Both the position numbers and the translations under genes were made by a program. The notes beneath the pieces are model-generated. The model had not been told where the DNA came from. It saw nothing but the letters and a program-made list of their open reading frames with translations, and made no database searches. From assembly GCF_009914755.1 (NCBI RefSeq), contig NC_060932.1: a DNA stretch of 64,000 bases; one strand, 5' to 3'. Shown piece after piece: positions 1-11,755 of the stretch. This DNA is from the human T2T-CHM13v2.0 reference genome, Homo sapiens. Position 1 is the first letter of the stretch, and the number at the start of each line of letters is the position of its first letter.

Positions 1-1262
1 AACACGATCTCCCTGTCTCTAGGAGGAGGGTGCAGATTGCAGATTTATGGAGGCCCAAGGCCCCTTATTCCTACTCCCCACCCCCAGAGGTTATAGGGAA
101 TCTTCATTTCCTTCCCCCCTAAGGGTTCCATTAGGACTTGTGTTTTCCTGACCACAGATTCACACCTGAAGAGGCTTGGAAGATGCAAAATCATCACCTC
201 CAAACAGCTGAGACACACATGACTTGGCTTTAACCGTGACTGCCCAATGCCAGAGCACTGGACTCAGGTTTAACATGGGCAGCCCCCATGTCACCCTCCA
301 CATCAGCTCTCCTCCTACATTGATGGTCGGCCTGGAAGCCAGTCATGTTTGACCTTGCACTCACGCCCTGGAGGTTCTGAAGTAGGCAACTTTCTAGTTA
401 CACAGGTCCTGCACCCAAGCTTTTAGCTCAGGCCAAGTAAAGACAATAAGTTCAGGTGGGCACACGGTCTCAGTCATTTTGTCTTCTTACTTGCAGTCTA
501 GGTGAATGGACCAGTTAAGTGCTACCTGGAGGTAAGGCTGTATCCAGACTGACATGCCCTGGACCAATGCAGCTAAGTGGATACATGAATTTGGCACCCA
601 AGATACTATTTAGCGTGCCATGGTAGTCATTCAATGTTAGTTTCATTCCCTTCTCCAAATCCAGCTGGATTCCTGCAGGTGACTTGCATTTCCCTCTTGC
701 CCCTACAGCTGGCTTCTCCTCTATGTCACTTCCTCAAACTAGCAAATGGGGAGCAGAGGCAGAGTAAAGGGGGGAAATTCATCACTTGACGTTGCCTCTT
801 GCTGGGGAGGAAGATGTAGAAACTCTTGGACTAATGGAGGTTTGGGAATTGTCTGAAGAGTAAATGATCTATACTACCAACCATCGCTGCTGCTGCACTT
901 GTCTCTGACACATTCTCAGCATTCACCTGTAACTAAAAGGCCAAAGGGAACTGGGATATTGAGGCCTGGTGCATGGTGTTCAGAGGCTGGGCAAAGTGGT
1001 GATCCAGTTGATCAGGGCTCCTCATGCAGGAACCTGGTGGAAGAGAGAGACGGGCAGTAGGTCCCAGAGTTATACTTCGGAGCACATGTTCAAGAGGGAA
1101 ATGACGACCGGCCCCCACGGTCCTGGGATGCAGGTGTGAGGACTGAGAATGCTGGACGGGGTGTGGTCGAGGCATGGTCAGGGTGGCCCCGAGCTGTGCC
1201 CCACCCCAGGGATGCAGGAAGGGTGCTCTGTGCAGGACCCCGAACTTGGGCTCTGCCCACTT
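1..1262 (-). other. SCARA5: SCARA5 3' UTR (partial, probably continues past the window start)
   Basis: Directly follows the TGA at 1265-1263. I saw no minus-strand AATAAA in 1-1262. Confidence 0.8.
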
Positions 1263-1399
1263 TCAGTGTCTGTTGCATGTCACGCTGGCATCTTCGGCAT
1301 GTCCACAGTTTGTCACCCCCCATTTGGAGAAGCTGCAGCGGAAGATGGTTTCCTCTGTGCCCTTGCAGGCAACGTCATCCATCCAGATCCTCCCAGTGC
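1263..1399 (-). CDS. SCARA5: SCARA5 terminal coding exon (exon 9), C-terminal half of SRCR: [45 protein letters not shown]
   Basis: Acceptor tgtgtttccctgtctccacAG at 1401-1400; SRCR motifs IWMDDVAC and NCGH-EDASVTC; stop TGA at 1265-1263. Not in the ORF track because it is short. Confidence 0.97.
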
Positions 1400-2424
1400 C
1401 TGTGGAGACAGGGAAACACAGCTATAAGCGGATACACAGGAGGGCGAGAAGGAGAAGAGAGAGCATAACTGTGCCTGCCCTTGACTTGGCTCTGCTGTAC
1501 ACTCAAACCTAGGGGCTTCCAGCTACCCTCTCCACGCCCCCCGAAGACCTCATACTTATTTTCTGGGATTAGTTTCTTGAGGGCAGAATCACAATAATTG
1601 TTGGTGATGATGGTAGTAGCTACGAATATCAGCTATGTGTCAGAAGCCGGACAACCTCTCCTTTTTAGTGGCAGTGTCAGGACTGGCTATTAAAGTCTTA
1701 AACTCTGTCATTCACTCTTGAAGTACGTGGGTAAAATCCCTTTACAAAGAATGTCAAGGGAACATTTAAACCACTTCCCTGCTGTTTGGCTCTAACAGAT
1801 GAACTAAGTGGCTTGAACATATTTTTGTTACGTAGACATTTTCAGCCCCTGTTGTCACGGGATTGCCATGCAGTGAATCCGGGGATGGAGGAGGGAGGAG
1901 AGGCCCCTTCCGCCACCTCCTTGGATGTTGTTTCTTCTCCAGAGCCTCTTCCTGGCCTGGATAGCTGTAGCTCTTACACAATAAGCCCTTTGAGGCAGAG
2001 AATGATTTGCAGATTAAACGTCTCCTGGAAGACACATCGGTTTACAAATTACCCAGGAAAAGGCTGCAAGCCCCAGGGCTCTGTGGGATTAGTCACACCC
2101 AAAGCAAATAAAGAAGACTAACAAATAAAGAACAGTTCCAAGGTGACCCAGCCCAAATACGTATATAGGATCTTGAAACTCTAGCTGGTGTTTCACCAGG
2201 GGGTTCTTGTTCACATCCAGTCACGGGAGGACCAATACAATGGGAACACGGTCATCAAGGGAGGAGCAGTGCATATCTGCAGTGACGTCAACACTGCGGT
2301 GGCGGGGGATCATTCCCGGAGGAATTTGCCAGCAAACTCTCTCTGCTCCTTGCACCACCAGGCAGAGGCTAGAACCCTGTCAGCTCTAGGTACCAATCAT
2401 TGTTTTAGCTTTAGAACTGATAGC

Positions 2425-2496
2425 TGATTACTCAAGGTGTGCAGTTTGAAGACCAGGGCTGTCAGCATCACCAGAGAGCTTGTTAGAAAAGCAGAC
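2425..2496 (+). mobile_element. MER5A-like DNA transposon fragment interrupted by the HERV-H retrocopy
   Basis: ctcaaggtgt...cagcatcacc..gagcttgttagaaa.gcaga resembles the MER5A left end. Confidence 0.6.
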
Positions 2497-3052
2497 ACAC
2501 AAAATCTTCCTTCAGCTTAATCTCTCCCACTCTAGGTTCCCACGCCGCCCCTAATCCCGCTCGAAGCAGCCCTGAGAAACATCACCCATTATCTCTCCAT
2601 ACCATCCCGCCAAAACTTTTGCTGCCCCAACACTTCAACACTATTTTATGTTATTTTTCTTACTAATATAAGAAGACAGGAATGTCAGGTCTCTGACCCC
2701 AAGCTAAGCCATCATATCCCCTGTGACCTGCAAACATGTATGTCCAGCTGGCCTGAAGTAACTGAAGAATCACAAAAGAAGTAAAAATGGCCGGTTCCTG
2801 CCTTAACTGATGACATTACCTTGTGAAATTCCTTCTCCTGGCTCAAAAGCTCCCCCACTGAGCACCTTATGTCCCCACCCCTCCCCACCAGAGAACAACC
2901 CCCTTTAACTGTAATTTTCCACTACCTACCCAAATCCTATAAAACGGCCCCACCCCTAAATCCCTGCGCTGACTCTCTTTTCTGACTCAACCCGCCTGCA
3001 CCCAGGTGAAATAAATAGCCTTGTTGCTCACCCAAAAAAAGAAAAAAAAGAA
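2497..3052 (+). mobile_element. 5'-truncated HERV-H retrocopy: internal 3' end, PPT, LTR7-family U3-R and A-rich tail
   Basis: PPT AAGAAGACAGGAA at 2670-2682; LTR start TGTCAGG..CCCAAGCTAAGCCATCATATCCCCTGTGACCTGC at 2683; CCTATAAAA box; AATAAA at 3010-3015; then A-rich tail and no U5; flanking direct repeats. Confidence 0.85.
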
Positions 3053-3068
3053 AGAAAGGCAGACTCTT

Positions 3069-3395
3069 GGCCAGGTGCCATGGCTCACGCCTGTAATCTC
3101 AGCACTTTGGGAGGCTGAGGAGGGCAGATCGTTGAGATCAGGAGTTCAAGACCAGCCTGGTCAACATGGCAAAACCCCGTCTCTACTAAAAACCCTGTCT
3201 CTACACCGTCTCTACCAAAAACACAAAAATTGGCTGGGCGTGGTGGTGCACGCCTGTAATCTCAGCTACGCAGGAGGCTGAGGCAGGAGAATCGCTTGAA
3301 CCCGTGAGGCGGAGGTTACAGCGAGCCGAGATCATGCCAGCTTGGGTGACAGAGCAAGACTCAGTCTCAAAAACAAAACAAAACAGCAAAAAACC
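3069..3395 (+). mobile_element. Alu (S-type)
   Basis: GGCCAGGTGCCATGGCTCACGCCTGTAATC...; dimeric; A-rich tail. Confidence 0.93.
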
Positions 3396-3760
3396 AAATT
3401 ATTGAGGCCTCTGTGTGCTCAGTACCATTCTGATGAACAGAAAGACAAAACAACAGATGCAAAAGATTTCTGCCTTATAGAGCTAACGTTTGAGCTTCTA
3501 TGTGTTTATTTAGAGTAACATTCATAGTAGGAAAAAGTTACACTGAATCCTACAGGCTTCCATCTGTGCCTCACACATAGAAAGCAGGACAACTATTTAA
3601 CAGGTATTTAAGAGAGGGAAACTGAGGCCCCAGAAAGATTGAGTGACATCTCTAGGAAAGTAATTATTGAGGTGAAGAGGCCCTGCCCTGGCCTCTCATG
3701 TTCGGCCAGTACAGTCTTTTCTCCTCACACAGCCACAGTCCACAGCATGTAACACTCAGC

Positions 3761-3976
3761 CAGAGGACGGCAAACCGTGAGCCAGGTCTGGCCAATGCCT
3801 GCTTTTATAAATAAAGTTGTATTGGAACACAGCCCCACCCATTTGATTGCATATTGGCTTCAGTTGTTTTCCTACTCCAACTGCAGAACTGAGTAGCTGT
3901 GACAGAGACCACCTGGCCCACAAAGCTTAAAGTATTTGCTATCCAGCACTTTATGGAAAATGTTGGCTGACCCTTG
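3761..3976 (+). mobile_element. MER58A-like hAT MITE
   Basis: aaataaagttgtattggaacacagcc...gagtagctgtgacagagacc...gctgacccttg. Confidence 0.75.
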
Positions 3977-4437
3977 CACTAAAGCTGTCTCCCAATATTT
4001 GAATCTTATCTTAGATAAAAGGACAAGAGGAGGTAATAATGCAATAATTAGACGTGAACGCTCCTAATTTTGTCTGCCTGTTCCCACCTACAAATCTGTC
4101 TGATGTGCAGCAATCCTTACCTCCTTTTCCATCTGTCTGTCTCCCTGGGAGATGCTCCCAGCTGCGCTAGGTCACACTCCCTTCCGTGGCCTACCAAGCC
4201 TCCCTCCAGTCATCACCCTTCCACCTCGCCATTTGCATCACTCCAGCACCTCCTGGACCAATTTAAAATTTAGAACATCTTCAAGGCCCTCCCATTTGGG
4301 TCTTTCTTGGCTTCCCCCATGCAAACAGAAAATCTGATTACTATGCCCTGTCCAGGAGAAATGTTATGGTGCCAGATCCCTGGGAGAGCTGTCAGGGCTT
4401 GGAGACAGGGAGGACTCAGGTTTGGCAGGCACTGGAA

Positions 4438-4605
4438 TTCCTTCCTTCCTTCTATTCTTCCTTCCTCGCTCCCTTCTTTCTTCCTTCCTCTCTCCCTCTG
4501 TTCCTCCCTCCCTCCCTCCCTCCCTTCACTCCTCCCTCCCTCCCTCTCTTCACTCCTCCCTCCTTTTCTTCCTACTTTCCCTCCCTCCTTCCTTTCTTCC
4601 CTTCT
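4438..4605. repeat. CT-rich low-complexity repeat (CCTT/CCCT)n
   Basis: Seen directly. Confidence 0.9.
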
Positions 4606-5117
4606 ACATTTATCCAGCTCCTATTATGCCCCAGGTAGTTTTGGGTTTTGGAACTACAAAGGTGAAGCCCTCAAGATGTTTCCATGTATCGCAGGGATCA
4701 GGAGAGTATAAGAAGTGCTGTGATAGAGAAGAATGTGACGGGATCATAGAGGAGGGTTATTTCCATCTTAGGGGTGAGGGAGCATGGAAGGAGCCAGAAA
4801 AGCTTCCCTCAGGAAAGATCATTGAGCTGCCTTTAAAAGCTGAGTAGGAATTCCCTAGCTGAAGAGGGAGGGAAAAGCCTTCCAGCAGGAGGAGCAGCAC
4901 AGGAGAAGAGGTGGGACATGAAACACACCATCTGTGCCCCGAGAACCACCAGCAGGTGCAGTGTGGAGAGGTGTGGGGTGGGCAGGAGGCCAACTAAGAA
5001 GATCCTTGGGTGCTGAGCTAAGGAAATCCAGCTTGATTCTGAGAGCGATAAAAATCCTCTGAGGACCCAGGCAGGGAGTGAGGTGACCAGGCACTCGTTT
5101 TAGAAAGATCCCTAACA

Positions 5118-5348
5118 GTTTGAGACCAGCCTGGGCAACATAGCAAGACCCTATTTCTCCAAAATAATAAAATGAAATAATTAGCTTGGCATAGTAGCAT
5201 GTGCCTGTGGTCCCAGCTACTCAGGAGGCTGAGGCAGGAGGATTGCTTGAGCCTGGGAGGTCGAGGCTGCAGCAAGCTATGATTGCACCACTGCACTCCA
5301 TGGGTGACAGAGGGAGACCTCATCTCTTAAAAAGAGAAAAAAAGAAAG
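5118..5348 (+). mobile_element. 5'-truncated AluJ
   Basis: gagaccagcctgggcaacatagcaagaccc...gaggattgcttgagcctgggaggtcgaggctgcag. Confidence 0.85.
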
Positions 5349-8118
5349 ATCCCCAGCAGCCATGAGAAGGAAGGCCACAGGAGCTAGCCTGCAGGTGTGG
5401 TGGCCGTGAGGAGTGACTCCTGGAGGATTAGAGCCTCTACTGTCCCCACCTCCACCCCACACTTGTAGATAAGCGTGCACAACAGAGCCTGTGCATGCTA
5501 ACTGCTTGACACCCAAGATCTCCTTTAGCATTTATAGTAATTCTTCAATAGCGGAAGAACTGAAGCTTAGAGAGGGTAGGGAATCTAGTCAAGGTCTCCA
5601 GCTGCAAGTGGCAGATCCGGGATTCTGACATGGGTGGTTTGACTCCAGGGCTGGGGCACTAACCACTGCTCTACCTGCTAATCTCCTAAGGGGAGGACAG
5701 CAAGAACGACGAGGTGGGGACAGGTTCAAGGAATGCCAGAGGAGTGAACACTGGTGGGATCTGCAGGACTCGGGGACCAACCTGATGCGGGGAGGGGGAG
5801 TGGTGACAGGGAAGAGGTGGCCCAGGGTTCTGGCTGGGATGGGGTCTGACTGGTAGGACGGTTCTGGTGATGGCAATGAGAGAGGCACAGGATCTGGTGG
5901 GAAGGATATGTGTGCAATTGTGACAGCTGCCATTGGAGGAGCCCATGGGGCATCCGAGTGCACCTGTCAGGAAGGTCACCGGACACTTGGGTCTGGAGCT
6001 CCACTGAGCACTGTGACAGAGGGAAGAGCTGGGGGTGACTGAAGCCCCAGGTGTGGAGGCAGCCTCCAGAGAGAGTGTGCAGAACACAAGGACAGCAGAG
6101 GCGGGGTGTTGGGGGTGCTAGGGAGAGGAAACTGTCAGGAAGGAAGAGGGTGAGAAGAAGGCTAGGAGGCAGAGCGAGAGGGACCTGGGAGGCTCCTTCA
6201 GGCTCAACAGCAGACGAGCTGGGAGTGGGGTTGGGGCACCAGTGGGTAGGATGCTGGCAGGGTGGCTCTGCCTGCCGCCAGGAATGACAGCTTTCCCTCC
6301 TCTCGGCCCCATGACTACAACAGCATTAGAACCCTTGGCACATGGTTTAGAATCCTCCTCTACATTGCCCATGCTGTGGCCAGGGCTGGGCTTGGTCAGC
6401 TCTGCCCCCCAGCCCTGCAGCTAGCCTGGCCCATGCTAGGTGCCTGGAAACTGCTTGTAGAGAGGAGGAGAACATGGGTGCAGCCTGGGCTGGCAGAAAG
6501 CCTCAGTTATGCCAGCCCTTCCCTGCCCAGGCCCCTACAGCCCTCTGTATACTGCTAGTGACACCTGGCCTGCAACCAGCCAAGGTCTTGAATAGCACCT
6601 GAGACCTGTTAGGGCACCATGATAGGGAAATAATGGGGCAAAAAAATAGGGCATTCGTGAAAGCAAGTCCAGCTTCCTATCGACCAGTTTAAAGAATCAA
6701 GTGACAAGCTTAGAGCTTCCCTGTGTCAAGAGGAACAGATCAGGGGAGTGAAAGAAGCCACAGTCTACAGGATCGCTGGCCTGGCACTCGAAGCCCACCC
6801 ACTGCCTTTTCACCAACTGGCAGAGTCAGGCTAACATGACCTGTGATCTTCAAACTACCTATTCTGGCTTCTTGAAAATAATTTATAATTTTTTTTCTCA
6901 AAAGGTTTTACTGCCACTTATTAGGAAGAAGCCTCTTCGGAGCTAGAAATGGGAATTTGAGGACTGTTCCTATTCTAATCAACAACAACGGTGGTTTTCC
7001 TTAGTCAAAACCAGCTGGAATCCAGCCCCAAGCCTTAGGTGGGAGAACAGTATTCTTTCCTGGTAGGCTGCCCTTCATGGTGCCGGATCCCTTCGAACTC
7101 GCCCCTCAAACTCTGGCCCTTAAGACGGCACTCCCTGCCAGCTGGCTCGACAGATTTCACCAAGGGTCACTTTCAGTCAATTACCAATGAGATCTATGGG
7201 ATGAGATTCAGACCAAGAACTGCAGCAGCCCCTTATGGGGATGAAGAGGAAGGCGGCTGGGAGGAGTGGAGGCTTCCACCTCCAGTCTGGATGTGACCTG
7301 GCTCCGAGTCCCCATCTGGAAGGGACATGCCACTTTCTCCCCTCACCCTGTAGCCATTTAGCACAGTGGGTTGGACAGCAATGACCTCAGGCAAGACAGC
7401 AGGTACGCCCGGCTCCACTCCATGATGTGGGGAACCCTGCCGTCAGTGGGCTGCCATCCACAGGTCACCAGGGGGCCTGGTAACTGGGTGTGAGAGGATC
7501 AGCCCCAATCCCTCCCCACACCCACCTGGTCTTCTCCACAGGTGAGCAGTGGCATCTTAAATCCCAGGGGGCCCAGGCTGGGAGACCCATTATGCAGCCT
7601 GCAGGCCCTTTAGTTACAGACAGGACACCAAGACCCAGAATGCAGAAGCAACAGGGCCAGGACATGCCATCAAGGGAAAGCTCACTACTGAATGGGTGTG
7701 GGGAGTACCAGGTTTGTGCATGTGGGACCATTGTTTTAGTTGTGAGTCAACACAAGAGTCTGATTCTTTCCATCAGGAAACAAATGCAGGGTTTGAATCA
7801 GCCATCTACCTAAGAAGGGTCTGTGCCCCTTCCTCAGAGTCTCTTGTGCTATCTGTAGGAGGTCAGTGTGCTTCAGTGTGTCAAAAGGAAAGCAACCAAA
7901 ATGATGAAGACTCTCCAAATCTTGTCATATGAGGGCAAGATGAATATCTGGGGATTAATCTGGAGAAGAAAAGACTCAGAGAGGCAGAGACAGCCCAGCA
8001 GAGTGGTTCAAATACAGACTCCTAAGACACCTGCTTGGGCCTAAACATCGGGTCTGACATTTGCTAGCTGTGTGACCTTGGGCAAGTTACTCAACCTCTC
8101 TGCACTTTTATTTCCTCA

Positions 8119-8425
<307 letters not shown>

Positions 8426-8896
8426 GAAAAACAGCGATGACACCTGTATACTTCATAGTGCTGTAAAGATGAAATGGGTAAATATTTGTTACATGTTGAG
8501 AACATAGGCTGGCACACTGAGTATCATATAAGTGTTAACAATAAAAACATAATAGAGACATGAGAGCACGTTATAAAGGTCTAAAGAGCTAGCCAGGGAG
8601 AGAGAGACCACAGCAGCTGTGCCTGGGACACAGGACTGGGAAGGGCTGGTATGGGACACCACCAGGACAGGACTTAGATCCACGAAAGGAAGAATGTTCT
8701 AATCATCAGAACTGTCTGATGACCACCGGAGATGGTTGCCTGGGGCGGGGCAGTGAGTTCTTATTGCAGCAAGCATTTGGGGAGAGGCTGGGGACCTCGC
8801 GGAATTGCAGTGGAAGGGACTCGGGCTTTGGAGGTGAGCCCAGTCCTAGGATGTGCAGGCCCTCTCCTCATGTTTTTTGCCCTCAGAGCGCCTTAC

Positions 8897-9094
8897 CTTG
8901 CCCGAATCGAGCTGTGCGGTACACCTCCTCCACACCGCGGAAGCCGAGCATGCGGCACACCACGTCTCCGTCCTTCTTGTCCCAGCCGTCATCACACACG
9001 GTGCCCCAGCGCCGGTCGTGGTACACTTCCACGCGGCCCTCGTGCGGACCTGAGCCATTCACCAGGCGGATCATCATCGGGGCCTCCACGCCAC
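8897..9094 (-). CDS. SCARA5: SCARA5 exon 8 (198 bp), N-terminal half of SRCR: [66 protein letters not shown]
   Basis: Within ORF 8883..9110(-); SRCR signature EGRVEV...WGTVCDDGW...VVCR-LG; acceptor cggcAG at 9096-9095; donor GTaagg at 8896. Confidence 0.97.
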
Positions 9095-9296
9095 CTGCCG
9101 GAGCAGCCAACTGTCACTACCCAGCTCTAGATACACCAGGACCCGCCCCCAGGGGCCTTCTTTGACTCCGCCTACCCCTGGGTAGGAGGAAGAGAGGGCT
9201 GGGGCCCAGCTGTATCAAGACTTCAGCCCCCAAATCACCCTGTGCCTCTTCTGCCCTTTGCCAGCCTTCTCCCCACCTTAAAAAAATAGCCTTTTT

Positions 9297-11028
9297 CACA
9301 GCGCGGTGCTGGTACAAAAACAGACACAGAGACCAATGGAACAAAATAGAGAGCCCAGAAACAAAGCTACACACCTACAGCCATCTGATCTTCGACCAAG
9401 TCAAAAGAATAAGCAGTGGGGAAAGGACTCCCTATTCAATAAATGGCGCTGGGATAGTTGGCTAGCCGTATGCAGAAGAATGAAACTGGACCCCTACCTT
9501 TCACCTTATACAAAATTATAGAACTCAAGATGGATTAAAGATTTAAATTTAAGACCTCAAACTGTAAGAATCCTAGAAGAAAACCTGGGAAACATTATTC
9601 TGGACATTGGCCTTGAAAAAGAATTTATGACTAAGTCCTCAAAAGCAATTGCAACAAAAACCAAAATTGACAAGTGGACGAGTGGGAACTAATTAAACTA
9701 AAGAGCTTCTGTACAGGAAAAAAAAAAAAAACCTATCAACAAAGTGAACAGACAACCTACAGAATGGGAGAAAATACTAATATTTGCAAACTATGCATTC
9801 AACAAAGGTCTAATATCTGGAATCTATAAGGAACGTAATTCAACAAACAAAAAACAAATAACCCCATCAGAAAGTGGGCAAAAGAGCGGCTGGGCTTGGT
9901 GGTTTATGCTTATAATCCCAGCACTTTGGGAGACCAAGGCAGGAAGATCACTTGAGGCTAGGGCTTCAAGACCAGCCTCAGCCTGGGCAGCATGGGGAAA
10001 CCCTGTCTCTACAAAATAATAATAATAAATGAGCCAGGCATAGTAGCCCATGCCTGTGGTGCTAGCTACTCGGGAGGCTGAGGTGGGAGGATCACTTAAG
10101 CCTGGGAGGTTAAGGCTGCAGTGAGCCACGTTTGTGCCACTGCACTCCAGCATGCATGACAAAGCAAGACCCTGTCTAAGGAAAAAAAAAAAAAAAAAAA
10201 AAGTGGGCAGGAGACATGAACAGATATTTCTCAAAAGAAGATATACAAGCAGCCAGCAAACATGAAAAAATGCTCATCGTTACTAATCATCAGAGAAATG
10301 CAAATCAAAACCACGATGAGATACTATCTCACGCCAGTCAGAATGGCTATTATTAAAAAGTCAAAAAACAACAGATGCTGATAAGCCCGTGGAGAAAAGG
10401 GAATGCTTATACTGTTGGTGGGAATGTAAATTAGTTCAGCCACTGTGGAAAGCAGTTTGGAGATTTCTCAAAGAACTTAAAACAGAACTATCATTTGACA
10501 CAGCAATCCCATTGCTGGGTGTACATCTGAAGGAAAATAAATCATTCTACCAAAAAGACACATACACTCATATGTTCATTGCAGAACTATTCACAATAGC
10601 AAAGACATGGAAATCAACCTACGTGCCTATCAGCAGCGGATTGAATAAAGAAAATGTGGTACATATACATATACACCATGGAATACTATGCAGCCATAAA
10701 AAAGAACAAAGTCATGTCCTATGCAGCAACATGGATGCAGCTGGAGGCCATTATCCTAAGTGAACTAATGCAGGAACAGAACACCAATACCTCATATTCT
10801 CACTTTTAAGTGGGAGCTAAACACAGGGGTGGGGGTGGGAATACAAGATGGGGGAGGGGAGAAGAGGGGTAAGGGTTGAAAACCTAACTACTGGGCACTA
10901 CGCTTACTACCTGGATGACAGGATCATCTATACTCCAAGCTTCAGCATCACGCAATATACCCAGGTAATAAACCTGCACATGTACCCCCTGAATCTAAAA
11001 TAAAAGTTGAAATAATAAACAATAAAAT
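9297..11028 (+). mobile_element. 5'-truncated L1 (L1PB-like; ORF2 3' end and 3' UTR) containing an Alu
   Basis: ORF2 remnants [13 protein letters not shown]; TSD AAAATAGCCTTTTT at 9283-9296 and 11029-11042. Confidence 0.9.
9888..10200 (+). mobile_element. AluJ nested in the L1
   Basis: Alu dimer with poly-A; TSD-like AAAGTGGGCA on both sides. Confidence 0.88.
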
Positions 11029-11039
11029 AAAATAGCCTT

Positions 11040-11755
11040 TTTTAAAGAGCAGTTTTAGGTTCGCAGAAAAATTGATTGAAAGGTACAGAAAATTCCCATA
11101 TACAACACCCCTCCCTCTACACACAGCCTCCCCCATTATCAACATCCCCTGAGAGTGGTGCATTTGTTACACTCAATGAACCTACACTGATGCCTCGTCA
11201 TCACCCAGAGTCCACAATTTACATTTGGGTTCACTTTTGGTGCTGCACATGCGATGGGTTTGGACAAATGTATAATAATGTGTATTCGCCATTACGATAT
11301 CATACAGAATCTTTTCACTGCCCTAAAAATCTTCTGTGCTCCACTTATTCAGTGAGACTATTCATCTCTCCCTCCTCCCTACCCCTGGCAACCACTGATC
11401 TTTTCACTTTCTCCGTAGTTTTGCCTTTTCCAGGATGTCATAGTTGGAATCATACAGTATGCAGCCTTTTCAGATTGGCATCTTTCACTTAGTAATAAGT
11501 AAGTGAACCTTCATGTAAGGTTGCTTCATGTCTTTTCATGGCTTCATAGCTCCTTTCTTTTTAGGACTGAATGGTATTCCATTTTCTATGTGCACCATAG
11601 TTTATTCATCCATTCACCTACTGAAAAACATCTTGGTTGCTTCAAAGTTTTTGCCTGGATGAATAAAGCTGCTATAAATATCCATGTGCAGGTTTTCATG
11701 TGGATGTCAGTTTCAGCTCATTTGGGTAAATATCAAGGAGTGTGATTACCAGATT
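11040..11755 (-). mobile_element. Old L1M (L1MB-like) 3' end
   Basis: gagcagttttaggttc.cagaaaaattga..., cccctggcaaccactgatc, gaataaagctgctataaatatccatgtgcagg. Confidence 0.8.
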
